DNA of 32,000 nucleotides. Origin: Candidatus Heimdallarchaeota archaeon. GTDB taxonomy: Archaea; Asgardarchaeota; Heimdallarchaeia; Heimdallarchaeales; Heimdallarchaeaceae. Each line of letters begins with the position of its first letter. Within the stretch, counting starts at the first letter, position 1. Shown piece by piece: positions 7,871-17,458 of the stretch. The position numbers were made by a program, and so were the translations under genes. The stretch lies in the NCBI GenBank assembly GCA_030668875.1, contig DAOVER010000009.1:54597-86596 (forward strand), given 5' to 3'. The notes below the pieces were generated by a model that was not told where the DNA came from, did no database searches, and worked only from the letters and a program-made list of their open reading frames with translations.

Positions 7871-9205
7871 GTGATAAAGCATCTTCTAATTCTCACAACT
7901 TATGGTCAAATATTCTATAGTCAAGAATTTGAAAAAACAGAACAAACAGTTGATGTTGCTCTGACTGGAGGGTTAATGAGTGCGATTTACTCTATGACTT
8001 CTGAAACCCAAAAAGAAAATATCTCTGAGTTTGAACTAGTAACATCCAGAATCATTTTCCAAGAGGAAGACCAAGATTTACTCTTCGTCCTTACTGTCGA
8101 CAAAAGAATGGATATTAAGGATACAAACGAAATTCTAAAAGCGATCTCAAAAAGATTCTTCGAGAAACATGGAGAGCTAAGAATTGATGGGTTAATCCTA
8201 ACTGATTTCGAGAAAGATGCCACAGAAATAATATACAAGAAGCTTTGGTATCTAAATACACAAGATAGAAAGTTTAGAGTATGGGATTATTTAGCAACAA
8301 TATTTGTCACCCTAGCACTGTGTTGGTATTCTCTTCTCCTTTTTGGTTCTCCACAGATTGTAGGTATGCCTGAATTTGGTATAAAGACCTTTGTCTGGGA
8401 AAGCCTTCTGCAAAGGATAGATGATCCAGGAGGATTTATACTGCAGTTACTGTTTTTAGTGGCAGTCATCGCAGTTCCAGCTGTTGGAATCTACTTGCTG
8501 TTTAAATTCACACATGTTAAAGATATTTTTCGTTTTCCAAGAGATTATCTCTCAAGACCAAGCAGAGCAAGCTATTCAGAACTCCTGCCCAATTATTTCC
8601 TACTTACAATTCTAGTATCGTTCCTAATCTATGTGAGTTTCATGGCTTTTGGAGGAGGATATTTCTCTGAATTGACAGTTTATCCCTTATATGCTGGAGG
8701 GCTGTATTCTGATCTGAATCAACCTTTCGATTTAGGAAATATAGGTGCGAGTATACAAGTGAGTGATATAGGAGATCAAGTATTGATAGGAACAACATCT
8801 TGGTTAACATGGGTATTTGCCTTTCCACTAATTTATTCGCTACTAATAGGGGAAAAGAAATGGCTAAGAATCTATAAAAATTCAGTTTTCATTGCTTCAA
8901 TTACTATTTTCATTCTAATAATATGCTACATATTTGCTGGAGTCAAATATCTTGAAGCGGTTGGATTTCATCCTAAGGATCCTGCAACATTTAGAACGGA
9001 GCAACACTTGCTAAACTTTCAATTACTATCCACTATTCCGCTTAATATTTTCTTCTACGGATTCCTCTTGTTTTTGGGTATAGGCGTGAACAAAGTATCT
9101 CCTTCCAAAACAAGAATTCCTTCTGTAATTGCTTTAGGTATTGGAATTTATTCAACACTAATTATACAGAGGTTAATATTTTTTGCCTTGGTCGCACCTG
9201 CTTAA
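7871..9205 (+). CDS. Longin-like domain fused to a ~7-TM integral membrane domain
   Basis: The N-terminal ~125 aa show longin beta-beta-alpha-beta-beta-beta-alpha order (LLILTTYGQIFYSQEF; LTGGLMSAIYSMTSE; ISEFELVTSRIIF; LLFVLTVD; TNEILKAISKRFFEKH). About seven hydrophobic segments follow from residue ~140 to the C-terminus. Confidence 0.75.
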   Translation: MIKHLLILTTYGQIFYSQEFEKTEQTVDVALTGGLMSAIYSMTSETQKENISEFELVTSRIIFQEEDQDLLFVLTVDKRMDIKDTNEILKAISKRFFEKHGELRIDGLILTDFEKDATEIIYKKLWYLNTQDRKFRVWDYLATIFVTLALCWYSLLLFGSPQIVGMPEFGIKTFVWESLLQRIDDPGGFILQLLFLVAVIAVPAVGIYLLFKFTHVKDIFRFPRDYLSRPSRASYSELLPNYFLLTILVSFLIYVSFMAFGGGYFSELTVYPLYAGGLYSDLNQPFDLGNIGASIQVSDIGDQVLIGTTSWLTWVFAFPLIYSLLIGEKKWLRIYKNSVFIASITIFILIICYIFAGVKYLEAVGFHPKDPATFRTEQHLLNFQLLSTIPLNIFFYGFLLFLGIGVNKVSPSKTRIPSVIALGIGIYSTLIIQRLIFFALVAPA

Positions 9206-9295
9206 CGAAGGGTGGGCCCCCAATCTTTTTCTTATATTCTCTTTAGAAAGTTTTATATCAGAATTTTCCTCTTGTAAAAAAGAAAGTGATTTCCA

Positions 9296-10471
9296 GTGCT
9301 AAGATTCACTATACGCTTCTTCTTTCACAATAAAAAAAGAACATTACAAGCTACAATGACGCTTACCTTAGCATTGGTTATTTTCATTTCTACAACCCTT
9401 CTAGTGCGAGGATATGCAGGAAATATTGCAGGGATGGCATCAATTATTAGACCATCCCCTTATTATCTTATAACTGAATCTGATAAGAGTTTGTCAGAGA
9501 GCAGACTAGGCTTTGAGGTCTATGAGTTTCTTGAAAGTTATTCTATCGATACACCAAATGTCGATGTGGTAGTACCACAAATTTACATCCAAGTAACTGT
9601 CGAAGGGGAAACAGGAGAAAGAATAGATACGCATTTACGCCTACTTAATTTTACAGAATTTGAACTTTATCAAACTCATGCTTATACCTACACATTTTCT
9701 CAATTAGAATCAACCGAGCTAATTATGGGACAACATCTTGCATCATCACTCTCTTCAGGAGTTGGGGCAAATCTGGAACTAGAAAGCTCTGAAATTTATA
9801 TTAATGAGACATTCTCAATGGTCTATGCAAATAATCTAACTGTAGCAAATATTATCAAATCAGGTCAAGAGTATGACCTTGAAATATTAGGAGACATCAA
9901 TGAGTGGCTGCCAATATTAGGTTTAGATTATTATTCTTTTATTGAATTCAAGGTTCTAGATACGAGGGAAGTGGATAAAATCAATGAAGACATAACTGAA
10001 GAATTTAGTTATATAGAGATCACAGAAGAAAAGCAGACACAGAATTTCATCCTTTATGCGACAGAAGAAGTTATTAGAACTCTAACTCTACTTCAAACAT
10101 TGTTCTTCGTTCTGATGTTAGTGTCCATAAGTTATAGCATCTATACACTTGTCAAAGAGAGTGAGGAAGAAATTTTCATTTTAAGATCAATCGGAGCCAC
10201 GAAAGTTCATATCGTGATACTCTTCATGATGCAAGCTGTTCTCATCGGAATAATTTCTTCAATACTAGCAATAATAATCGGGTATCTCTCAGTTACTGCG
10301 ATTGTTGCTATAGTTTCATCGACTATTGGTTTACCCTTTTTAGCACTAAACTTTGAAATTAGTTTAGCAGGAATGATTTTCCTTTTTGCCATAGGTTTGT
10401 CATTGCTTTCTGGGATATATCCATCGTTAGAAGCAGCGAAAATTAAAGTTATCAGGAAGGATACTCAATGA
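9296..10471 (+). CDS. ABC transporter permease, FtsX/MacB/LolE (ABC3) family
   Basis: One N-terminal TM, a MacB-like extracellular domain (ELIMGQHLASSL) and three C-terminal TMs with the EIFILRSIGAT motif (canonical EIG.LRA.GA). Confidence 0.88.
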   Translation: MLRFTIRFFFHNKKRTLQATMTLTLALVIFISTTLLVRGYAGNIAGMASIIRPSPYYLITESDKSLSESRLGFEVYEFLESYSIDTPNVDVVVPQIYIQVTVEGETGERIDTHLRLLNFTEFELYQTHAYTYTFSQLESTELIMGQHLASSLSSGVGANLELESSEIYINETFSMVYANNLTVANIIKSGQEYDLEILGDINEWLPILGLDYYSFIEFKVLDTREVDKINEDITEEFSYIEITEEKQTQNFILYATEEVIRTLTLLQTLFFVLMLVSISYSIYTLVKESEEEIFILRSIGATKVHIVILFMMQAVLIGIISSILAIIIGYLSVTAIVAIVSSTIGLPFLALNFEISLAGMIFLFAIGLSLLSGIYPSLEAAKIKVIRKDTQ

Positions 10472-13400
10472 ATTTCCGATCAATTTTCCTCTATAATATC
10501 ATACCTAAGAAGAGAATGCTTATTGCATTCATTGGGTTTTTGATAAGTTCTACAATAATTACAGGTGGTGGAATACTTCTTACAAGCATTGTTGAATCAA
10601 CTACTTCATATTTAGGTGAAAGTGATGATGTTCTTGTAATTTCAAATCCAGCAGCATCAACACCTTATACAAGTGTTGTACCCTTAGAATTAGCTGAAAC
10701 TATAAGAACGATATATGGTGTTATAGATGTTAGTCCAGAAGTCATGACTGCTGCTGTATATAAGGATAAGGCAGTATACTTCAGAGGAGTAGATATAGCA
10801 AAATTCTGGGAGTTCACTGAAGTAACTTATTTAGAAGGGGGGCCTCTGAGTGAAAATGATACTTACGATGTAAGTGTAGGTAAAAATTATGCAGATAGAA
10901 ATGACTTAGAAATTGGAGAATTGATGACAGTATTTTCTACTAGGTCAGACGCTGCAGTAGAACTAAGAGTTAAGTCAATATTCATCACAAATACCTTGTT
11001 AGATGATGAAATCATCGCACCATTATGGATCGGTCAATTTTTCTCATTTGAAACATTCAATTTTATAACACACATTAGAGTAAAAATTGATTTAGATTTA
11101 ATTCCTTCGAAGGAAACAATAAGAGAGTTGGTAAACAGTGAATATGGCTTAACTACCATTATCAATACACCTGGAGGATCGACTGAACTAAATGCAACCA
11201 TCTATATCAGAACTGGTAAAGGAACTTCAGTTGAGGAAAGGATAATAATTAACAAGTATTTTGCAACGTTTTCTCTATTTTTTGGAGAGTATGAAATTCA
11301 AGCAGAAATCGACGGGATATTTTCTGATCCATTTAAGTTCATTCATGATCACAATACTACAATAGACATATTTGTAAACTATATTGAACGAGAGATTCAG
11401 TTTCATGTTATAACGGATGAGGATGAACCAATTAAAGATGTAAGTGTAACAGTTTACAATAATGAAGAAGGATTACGTCTTTTAGGGGTTAATACTCGAC
11501 GAATGTATACGAATCAAGATGGATATGCATCTCTAACTATTGGAAATGGAAGTTACACAGCGGAGTTTAGTTATGGTGAATATTGGAATTCCTTTAGCTT
11601 CGTGACTCAGGAAACAAATGATTATGAAATTACACTAATTAGTAGACATCCGCAAATAACAGTCAAATCACCTCTAAATTTTTCAACGATTATTGGTAAT
11701 GAGCTTAATATTTCAGTTATTGCAACTACTGGTTACTCTATTCACTTCTATCCCGATGGTGATTTAGGGAAAATTCAAGAATATCACTATAGCACAGTAG
11801 GAATGGTTCCGCCTAAAAGTATGTTGGTACCTTTCGAAGATGGTTTTCACAGCGTCACCATATTAGCTTACAATAATGATTATTTACAAGATTTTGATAA
11901 AAGCAAAAACTATGCGACAACTACTTTATACTTCACAATCTCAAGTGATTTTCCAACTACTATTGACTTCTTGAATGTTATGAATGGATCACAGATATAT
12001 CCTCTAACTATCTTAGAACTAAATGAGACAATATCTTTCAATCAAGGTTTATTGTATAAATGGAATAATGATGACTGGATAAAAGCCAATGAAGGTTATA
12101 TTGTCAGCCCTAGCGAGATAGGAATTCAAAAACTACAAATAAAAGCAGAAACAACCGAAGAAAGTAGAATCATCACTTACTATTTCATTACTAAAAACTC
12201 TCCTTACAAAATTGGTATCATTAATCCACCTGAAGGATTAAATTTCAAAGAAAATGACACATTACAAACATGGTTTAATCCTACATTTACGAATATTACA
12301 TATCACTGGGACTCTAATCCTAATACTCCTATTGCAAAAGATGGAGAGATTATTGTTCAAAGTTTGAGCGAAGGAAATCACACTTTATATTTAGAGATTT
12401 CTACTGGAAATTTCAGAAAATATGAGATAATGTTTGATAACACGTCACCTAACATAACAATGAGTGTTACAAATGGATCTTCAGTTGAAACAGGTAGTTC
12501 TTTATCTTATACAATCAATGAACTATTTACATATGTGATGTTTAGGTGGGACAATCAAGAGTATTCATATTCATATGACAACTCAATCCAAGTACCTGTA
12601 GAAAATGGTAACCATAATCTAAGTATCTGGATATGCGATCTTGCGGGTAATGTGAGAAAAGCAAATTATACATATAATGTAATCAAGTTCGTAGGTTTTA
12701 CCCCAATAGATTTCTACTTACAAAATGAATATTGGGGACTCTTAAACCAAAGTTACATTGATCTACAGATCATTACTGAACAATCATTATTTAAAATCGA
12801 TTACGAGATAGATGGACCTTCAATATTGTCCTTCTCACGAACAAACTTAGAAGAAGAAAGAGTATATCTGCACCCTGGATTATATAGTTTATCGGTTACT
12901 TATTACCTAAACTTATTTGAGAGCAGACAACGAACCTTTGAATTTCAAATCTGTGACGGACAAAATGCATCTGAACTATATGGTCCTGCACTAGATGTTA
13001 CCTATCCTTGGAGCATTATTGTAACATTCCCATACTTTGATGTTTCATTTACGATTAATAATATATCGAGTACATTTGTAACAGATGGAACTCATGATAT
13101 TTTTTATATGTTAACAACCTATCCAGGGGTTCAATACAATACAAAATACATTATAGATACAGAATTACCAGAGATAACTATAGTAACCCCCAATAAAGGA
13201 ATTGAAGTAACGGATGAATTTCTTGAAGTTGAAAGTAACGCTGTAGAGGTTTACTTCAAACAAGAACATGACTCAAGAATATTCTCTTACAGCAAAACAA
13301 GCGTATTTTTAGATTATAATCAAGAAGGTAGACAATTAATTACTTTCTTTCTAGTAGATTCTTATTATAATACAAAGACAGTGTCTTATGTGTTTTATAA

Positions 13401-14664
13401 TGGTCTTAGTTATGTTCCAGTAATTTTAGGGTTTCAGGTTTTCTTGTCTGGAGATATCTATAATATCTCCAATCTGGATGTATCGATAACGAGCGAATAT
13501 AATAGTACATCATGGTCAGAAAAAACAGATGGTGATGGAAAGTTGAGTATGCAAATTTATCCAGGCATGTTCGAGGTATACTTCGTATACAACGCTATAA
13601 CTTACAACTTCCTTTTGGATACTGGAGATGGATTAGATCAGACGATTTATATTGGAAACTCACTTGTTGAATTGACTATTCTTGATTATTATGCCGATAG
13701 TCCAATAAGCAATCAATATTGTGTAATTAGAGATCTTAGTGGTAATAGGATAGTTTTTCTTCAAACAAATTCACTCGGAGAAATAAGTACACAAATACCT
13801 GCTGGTGATTATATCATATACTTTAAGCGTTCATATGAACAGCTTAGTTTACCATTCCAAGTTTACTCACAAGGACAGCAGCTTCTATTTGAAATTCCAT
13901 CACTCAAAAAGTGGGTACGATTTGATTTTGTTTATGATAATGGTTCAAAAGTATATAATCTTCCAGTCAGTCTCCAAACAGTTCTAGATGGGAACATTAC
14001 AACGAATACCAGATTGCATTCCAGCATTTCTTTATGGACATCATATGGCGTTGTGAATATTTCATATATACAAATAGACGGGAATTTTGTAACATTAACA
14101 CGCTCCTTTGAACCAGGGAGAGAAGTGATAACTATAACTATCAAGAGTGAAACTGATTCTCCATGGGATAAGATACCATTCAAACCAATAGCTGGATTCC
14201 CCTTCATAGTATCCCTCGCTTTGGAATATATGGACTATTATCTAAGTGGTAGTCTTTTGTTTACATATACATTAGCATACACAGAAATTATTCTGATTTT
14301 ATTTGTTGTAATTGCAAATATGTACTCCATCCTTCAAAACGTGTATAAAGAAAGTAAAAGAGAAACACGAATTCTCAGAATGGTTGGAGGAACAGTTACA
14401 AATACATTAACAACAGTATTTTCCCGTCTAGGTCTGGTTGCAGTGTTTGCATCATTTATTGGGTATGCAATTGGGTTGTCTTTTCTAAAAGTCCTATCAA
14501 GTGCAAATCAAACAGTATTCTTTGGTCATACATTCTCTCCTTCTGGAGGATTGTTTATGTTCTTGATAAATAGTGTTTTAACAATTTTTATTGCAATAAT
14601 TGCAACCCTCATCATCACTAGAAATGCTAGGAAAGAAAGAAGAATTGTTCACTCAAAAAGATGA
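10468..14664 (+). CDS. Giant FtsX/MacB-family permease with ~1000 aa Ig-like/carboxypeptidase-regulatory-like ectodomain
   Basis: ATGA overlap with the upstream permease. N-terminal TM and MacB-type domain (VYFRGVD; VSVGKNYADRNDLEIG), repeated beta-sandwich signatures (TNQDGYASL..G.Y; DNTSPNIT; DLAGN; DTELPEITIVTP; TDGDGKLS; TNSLGEIS) and C-terminal FtsX TMs with ETRILRMVGGT. Confidence 0.85.
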   Translation: MNFRSIFLYNIIPKKRMLIAFIGFLISSTIITGGGILLTSIVESTTSYLGESDDVLVISNPAASTPYTSVVPLELAETIRTIYGVIDVSPEVMTAAVYKDKAVYFRGVDIAKFWEFTEVTYLEGGPLSENDTYDVSVGKNYADRNDLEIGELMTVFSTRSDAAVELRVKSIFITNTLLDDEIIAPLWIGQFFSFETFNFITHIRVKIDLDLIPSKETIRELVNSEYGLTTIINTPGGSTELNATIYIRTGKGTSVEERIIINKYFATFSLFFGEYEIQAEIDGIFSDPFKFIHDHNTTIDIFVNYIEREIQFHVITDEDEPIKDVSVTVYNNEEGLRLLGVNTRRMYTNQDGYASLTIGNGSYTAEFSYGEYWNSFSFVTQETNDYEITLISRHPQITVKSPLNFSTIIGNELNISVIATTGYSIHFYPDGDLGKIQEYHYSTVGMVPPKSMLVPFEDGFHSVTILAYNNDYLQDFDKSKNYATTTLYFTISSDFPTTIDFLNVMNGSQIYPLTILELNETISFNQGLLYKWNNDDWIKANEGYIVSPSEIGIQKLQIKAETTEESRIITYYFITKNSPYKIGIINPPEGLNFKENDTLQTWFNPTFTNITYHWDSNPNTPIAKDGEIIVQSLSEGNHTLYLEISTGNFRKYEIMFDNTSPNITMSVTNGSSVETGSSLSYTINELFTYVMFRWDNQEYSYSYDNSIQVPVENGNHNLSIWICDLAGNVRKANYTYNVIKFVGFTPIDFYLQNEYWGLLNQSYIDLQIITEQSLFKIDYEIDGPSILSFSRTNLEEERVYLHPGLYSLSVTYYLNLFESRQRTFEFQICDGQNASELYGPALDVTYPWSIIVTFPYFDVSFTINNISSTFVTDGTHDIFYMLTTYPGVQYNTKYIIDTELPEITIVTPNKGIEVTDEFLEVESNAVEVYFKQEHDSRIFSYSKTSVFLDYNQEGRQLITFFLVDSYYNTKTVSYVFYNGLSYVPVILGFQVFLSGDIYNISNLDVSITSEYNSTSWSEKTDGDGKLSMQIYPGMFEVYFVYNAITYNFLLDTGDGLDQTIYIGNSLVELTILDYYADSPISNQYCVIRDLSGNRIVFLQTNSLGEISTQIPAGDYIIYFKRSYEQLSLPFQVYSQGQQLLFEIPSLKKWVRFDFVYDNGSKVYNLPVSLQTVLDGNITTNTRLHSSISLWTSYGVVNISYIQIDGNFVTLTRSFEPGREVITITIKSETDSPWDKIPFKPIAGFPFIVSLALEYMDYYLSGSLLFTYTLAYTEIILILFVVIANMYSILQNVYKESKRETRILRMVGGTVTNTLTTVFSRLGLVAVFASFIGYAIGLSFLKVLSSANQTVFFGHTFSPSGGLFMFLINSVLTIFIAIIATLIITRNARKERRIVHSKR

Positions 14665-14680
14665 TACTGTCCGTTCTTCA

Positions 14681-17458
14681 TCAAACATAGACAAAACCAT
14701 AATATCCCTCAAATAACCATGAATTTGCTATTCTGGTAATATTAATTGAATTACCTTGAAATGCTTGCAGAGCATAGTCGTGATTTTCTACAATTCCTTC
14801 TAGATTTTCATACGCTATTTGAATTTCTATATTGTGTAAATATACTGTTTCATCTGGTAGAGTTAACAATGAAATTCGTAGAAAAGATTCTAGTTCAGGT
14901 TTTGAAAATCGGAAACTATTAGATTCTATTCTTACTGTTTCATTTGAAATAGTATTATATTCACTTCTAATAGTAACATTTATTGGTCCAGTTGTTTGAG
15001 CAGCTGTTAAATCTATTTCCGTTTCAATGGATCCTATATTTCCCATAATTTCTGTTGAACCTGGTGTCCTTGCAAGTAAACTTCCCTTATTCAGAGGCCC
15101 TACTAGTTGAATATCAACAGGTCCAACATATGGAGCGTAGCTGTTTGTAGTATACATTATGTATTCTTGATTCGAAAATCTCCATGTAAAGTAGTCATTA
15201 TTATTCATGAATCGATATACAAAGTAATCCCAATAGATTCGATCCAAATATGCAGGAAACCAATCATTGGATGTATTAAGAGCGACAAATATCGAAATAT
15301 CATATTGTTCGAAAAATTCAATCGTTCGCGTCACATTTTCGATTCCTAATGGAAAAGTAGAATTAGCTAACCCTGAATTTTCTATAAATCCAAGCATGAA
15401 TAGATCGATAACAGGTTGAGAGGAATAGTATTCAAGACCTGGTGTATTAATTGAAAGAATCACTAAATTATCTGCATATCCAAGACGGTTAATTGCGTCA
15501 ACTAGTTCTTGATATGATTCTCTTGTAGAATAGGAATACCTCATCTGAAATTCATCTAGATTAAATCCAGTGTCTATTAATAAAGCAAATTGAGCTAAGA
15601 ATGGCGTAAAAAACAGAATAAAGATAAGAAAACCAGAAATTATTTTTTGAAAATTAAACTTTTTATGAAAAATCTGTGAGTAGCTAATTTTCAATCTATT
15701 TTCTTGCCAGATAAGAAGGAAGGTTAGTAGGTTGAATAGGATGATATAACCTAACAACGACCAGATGTGGGTGTGAGCATGATACCACCGTAGATGGAAG
15801 TCTTCTGATACGACTTCAAATGGAATAACGGGATAAAGCGACAGGTACGCACTTGTTAAAATGAAGATACTAGCAAGAAAACCATCTCTCTCTTGACCGT
15901 CTCTTTTGTTGAAGAAAAAAACAACGGCTTCTATTCCTATTGCAAAAATAATTGCAATTGGAACAAGTATTGGGGAAAGGTATCTGATTGACCCATTTGC
16001 AAAGAATCCTTGCCAGAACACATAGAAGAATATTAACCAAAGCATCAACTCATTGTTCTTTTTGTGAGCTTTGATGAACCCAAATATCTTAAAGAACAAC
16101 CATGTTCCAGCAAACATTGCTGCAATTAAAATAGAAAAAGAGGAGGAAACAAAAGTTGCGATATGGGCATTTTCCAGATAAGTTGTTGTTTCAGGAAGAG
16201 CGATTCCTGGCCACGATAAGCTTATCTGATTCACGTGCAAGTTCACATAAAGATTAAGAAGATAATCTTGCACACCTGGGACAGATAGAATATGAATCCC
16301 CCATAATAATGCAGCTGCTAAGGGGAGAGAAAAGATGCCAAGAACAAATAACCAACGAATATACGAAAACTTCAACGTTTCACTTGATAAGATGAGATAT
16401 ATGCAAAATGCACATAAGAGGAAGATAAGAATACCCGTCCCCAAATATACCTCGAATATGGATTTTCGAATGAGCTGAAAAGCAAATCCAGCAACAATAA
16501 TCGAGCGAATAACTTTTCCTATCATATCTGAAGGCATTGCAACTAAAATTACTAATGGGATAACAAAACCACTGACTTTACTTAAAACACAACCACTTAG
16601 AGCTAATGACGCAAGTAGAGCATTATAGAGCTGTTCTTTGAAATTTTCACTTTTCAGAAATTTTTTGAAGAAGAAGTATGCTGCTGTTGTAAAGAATGTA
16701 ATGTAAATCTCTTGATAATATTGAAATTCATAAATTAAGAAAAAAGTAAAAGGAGTTGCTAATAAAGCAATTGAAGAAAGTAAAGAAGATTTCTTTGTTA
16801 ATCCTTCAATTTTTGCTATTTTATAACATAGTAAAACTACTCCAACAAGAAACAGCAAAGGAATCAGATGAATCATTTCTGATTGTGTTACAAAAAATCC
16901 ATACGCAAATAGAAGGATATTCACAGGTGGTTTGAATTGTGGCATAAAATTTAATTCATTAATAATTCCTAATTGCCCTGTAACAAATATTCTGAAAGAG
17001 TTAGGTAAATAAAAGTGCAAGAAATCCCATCCTCGAAGAGGATAAACTAATCCTTGAAGTGTGAAAAAGAAGATCATTAATCCTATTATAATTTGTAATA
17101 ATGTCTCAAGTCCTTGTGGGATTTTCTTCTTCTCCTTCAGAATGAGCATTGGAAGTTTCCTTCTTACCCAGAGATATATTTTGAAGACCAGATATGCAAA
17201 GGCAATTGATAAGTATACATATACAAATCGTTCTAAGATAGTTGTATTTTCTATTTTATCGGCAATTATTGCTATTATAAGCATGGGGACAACTAGAGAG
17301 ATTGTTCCAAAAATTAGAGATTCTACAAAATAATCTATATAGGAACTTGAAGAATCAATTTTCATTATTTTCTTCTTGAACACATCGACAATCAATAATC
17401 CCATTCCAAGTATTGAGACAATGGGTATTATGACCCTTATGTCAAGTTCTGTTCTCAT
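14681..17458 (-). CDS. GT-C fold membrane glycosyltransferase (ArnT/PMT/GT83-like), 925 aa
   Basis: More than 12 TM segments. First extracellular loop with WDFLHFYLP...KPP (acidic motif typical of GT-C), late IRYLSPIL (RY..P) motif, and a C-terminal extracellular domain (VILSINTPGLEYYS) with several N-x-S/T sequons. Confidence 0.75.
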   Translation of the reverse strand: MRTELDIRVIIPIVSILGMGLLIVDVFKKKIMKIDSSSSYIDYFVESLIFGTISLVVPMLIIAIIADKIENTTILERFVYVYLSIAFAYLVFKIYLWVRRKLPMLILKEKKKIPQGLETLLQIIIGLMIFFFTLQGLVYPLRGWDFLHFYLPNSFRIFVTGQLGIINELNFMPQFKPPVNILLFAYGFFVTQSEMIHLIPLLFLVGVVLLCYKIAKIEGLTKKSSLLSSIALLATPFTFFLIYEFQYYQEIYITFFTTAAYFFFKKFLKSENFKEQLYNALLASLALSGCVLSKVSGFVIPLVILVAMPSDMIGKVIRSIIVAGFAFQLIRKSIFEVYLGTGILIFLLCAFCIYLILSSETLKFSYIRWLFVLGIFSLPLAAALLWGIHILSVPGVQDYLLNLYVNLHVNQISLSWPGIALPETTTYLENAHIATFVSSSFSILIAAMFAGTWLFFKIFGFIKAHKKNNELMLWLIFFYVFWQGFFANGSIRYLSPILVPIAIIFAIGIEAVVFFFNKRDGQERDGFLASIFILTSAYLSLYPVIPFEVVSEDFHLRWYHAHTHIWSLLGYIILFNLLTFLLIWQENRLKISYSQIFHKKFNFQKIISGFLIFILFFTPFLAQFALLIDTGFNLDEFQMRYSYSTRESYQELVDAINRLGYADNLVILSINTPGLEYYSSQPVIDLFMLGFIENSGLANSTFPLGIENVTRTIEFFEQYDISIFVALNTSNDWFPAYLDRIYWDYFVYRFMNNNDYFTWRFSNQEYIMYTTNSYAPYVGPVDIQLVGPLNKGSLLARTPGSTEIMGNIGSIETEIDLTAAQTTGPINVTIRSEYNTISNETVRIESNSFRFSKPELESFLRISLLTLPDETVYLHNIEIQIAYENLEGIVENHDYALQAFQGNSINITRIANSWLFEGYYGFVYV

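Noticed and set aside
9206-9230. GC-rich gggtgggccccc plus T-run after the longin-7TM gene as a structured RNA or intrinsic terminator
   Set aside because: Only a 3-4 bp stem is possible; too weak to call.
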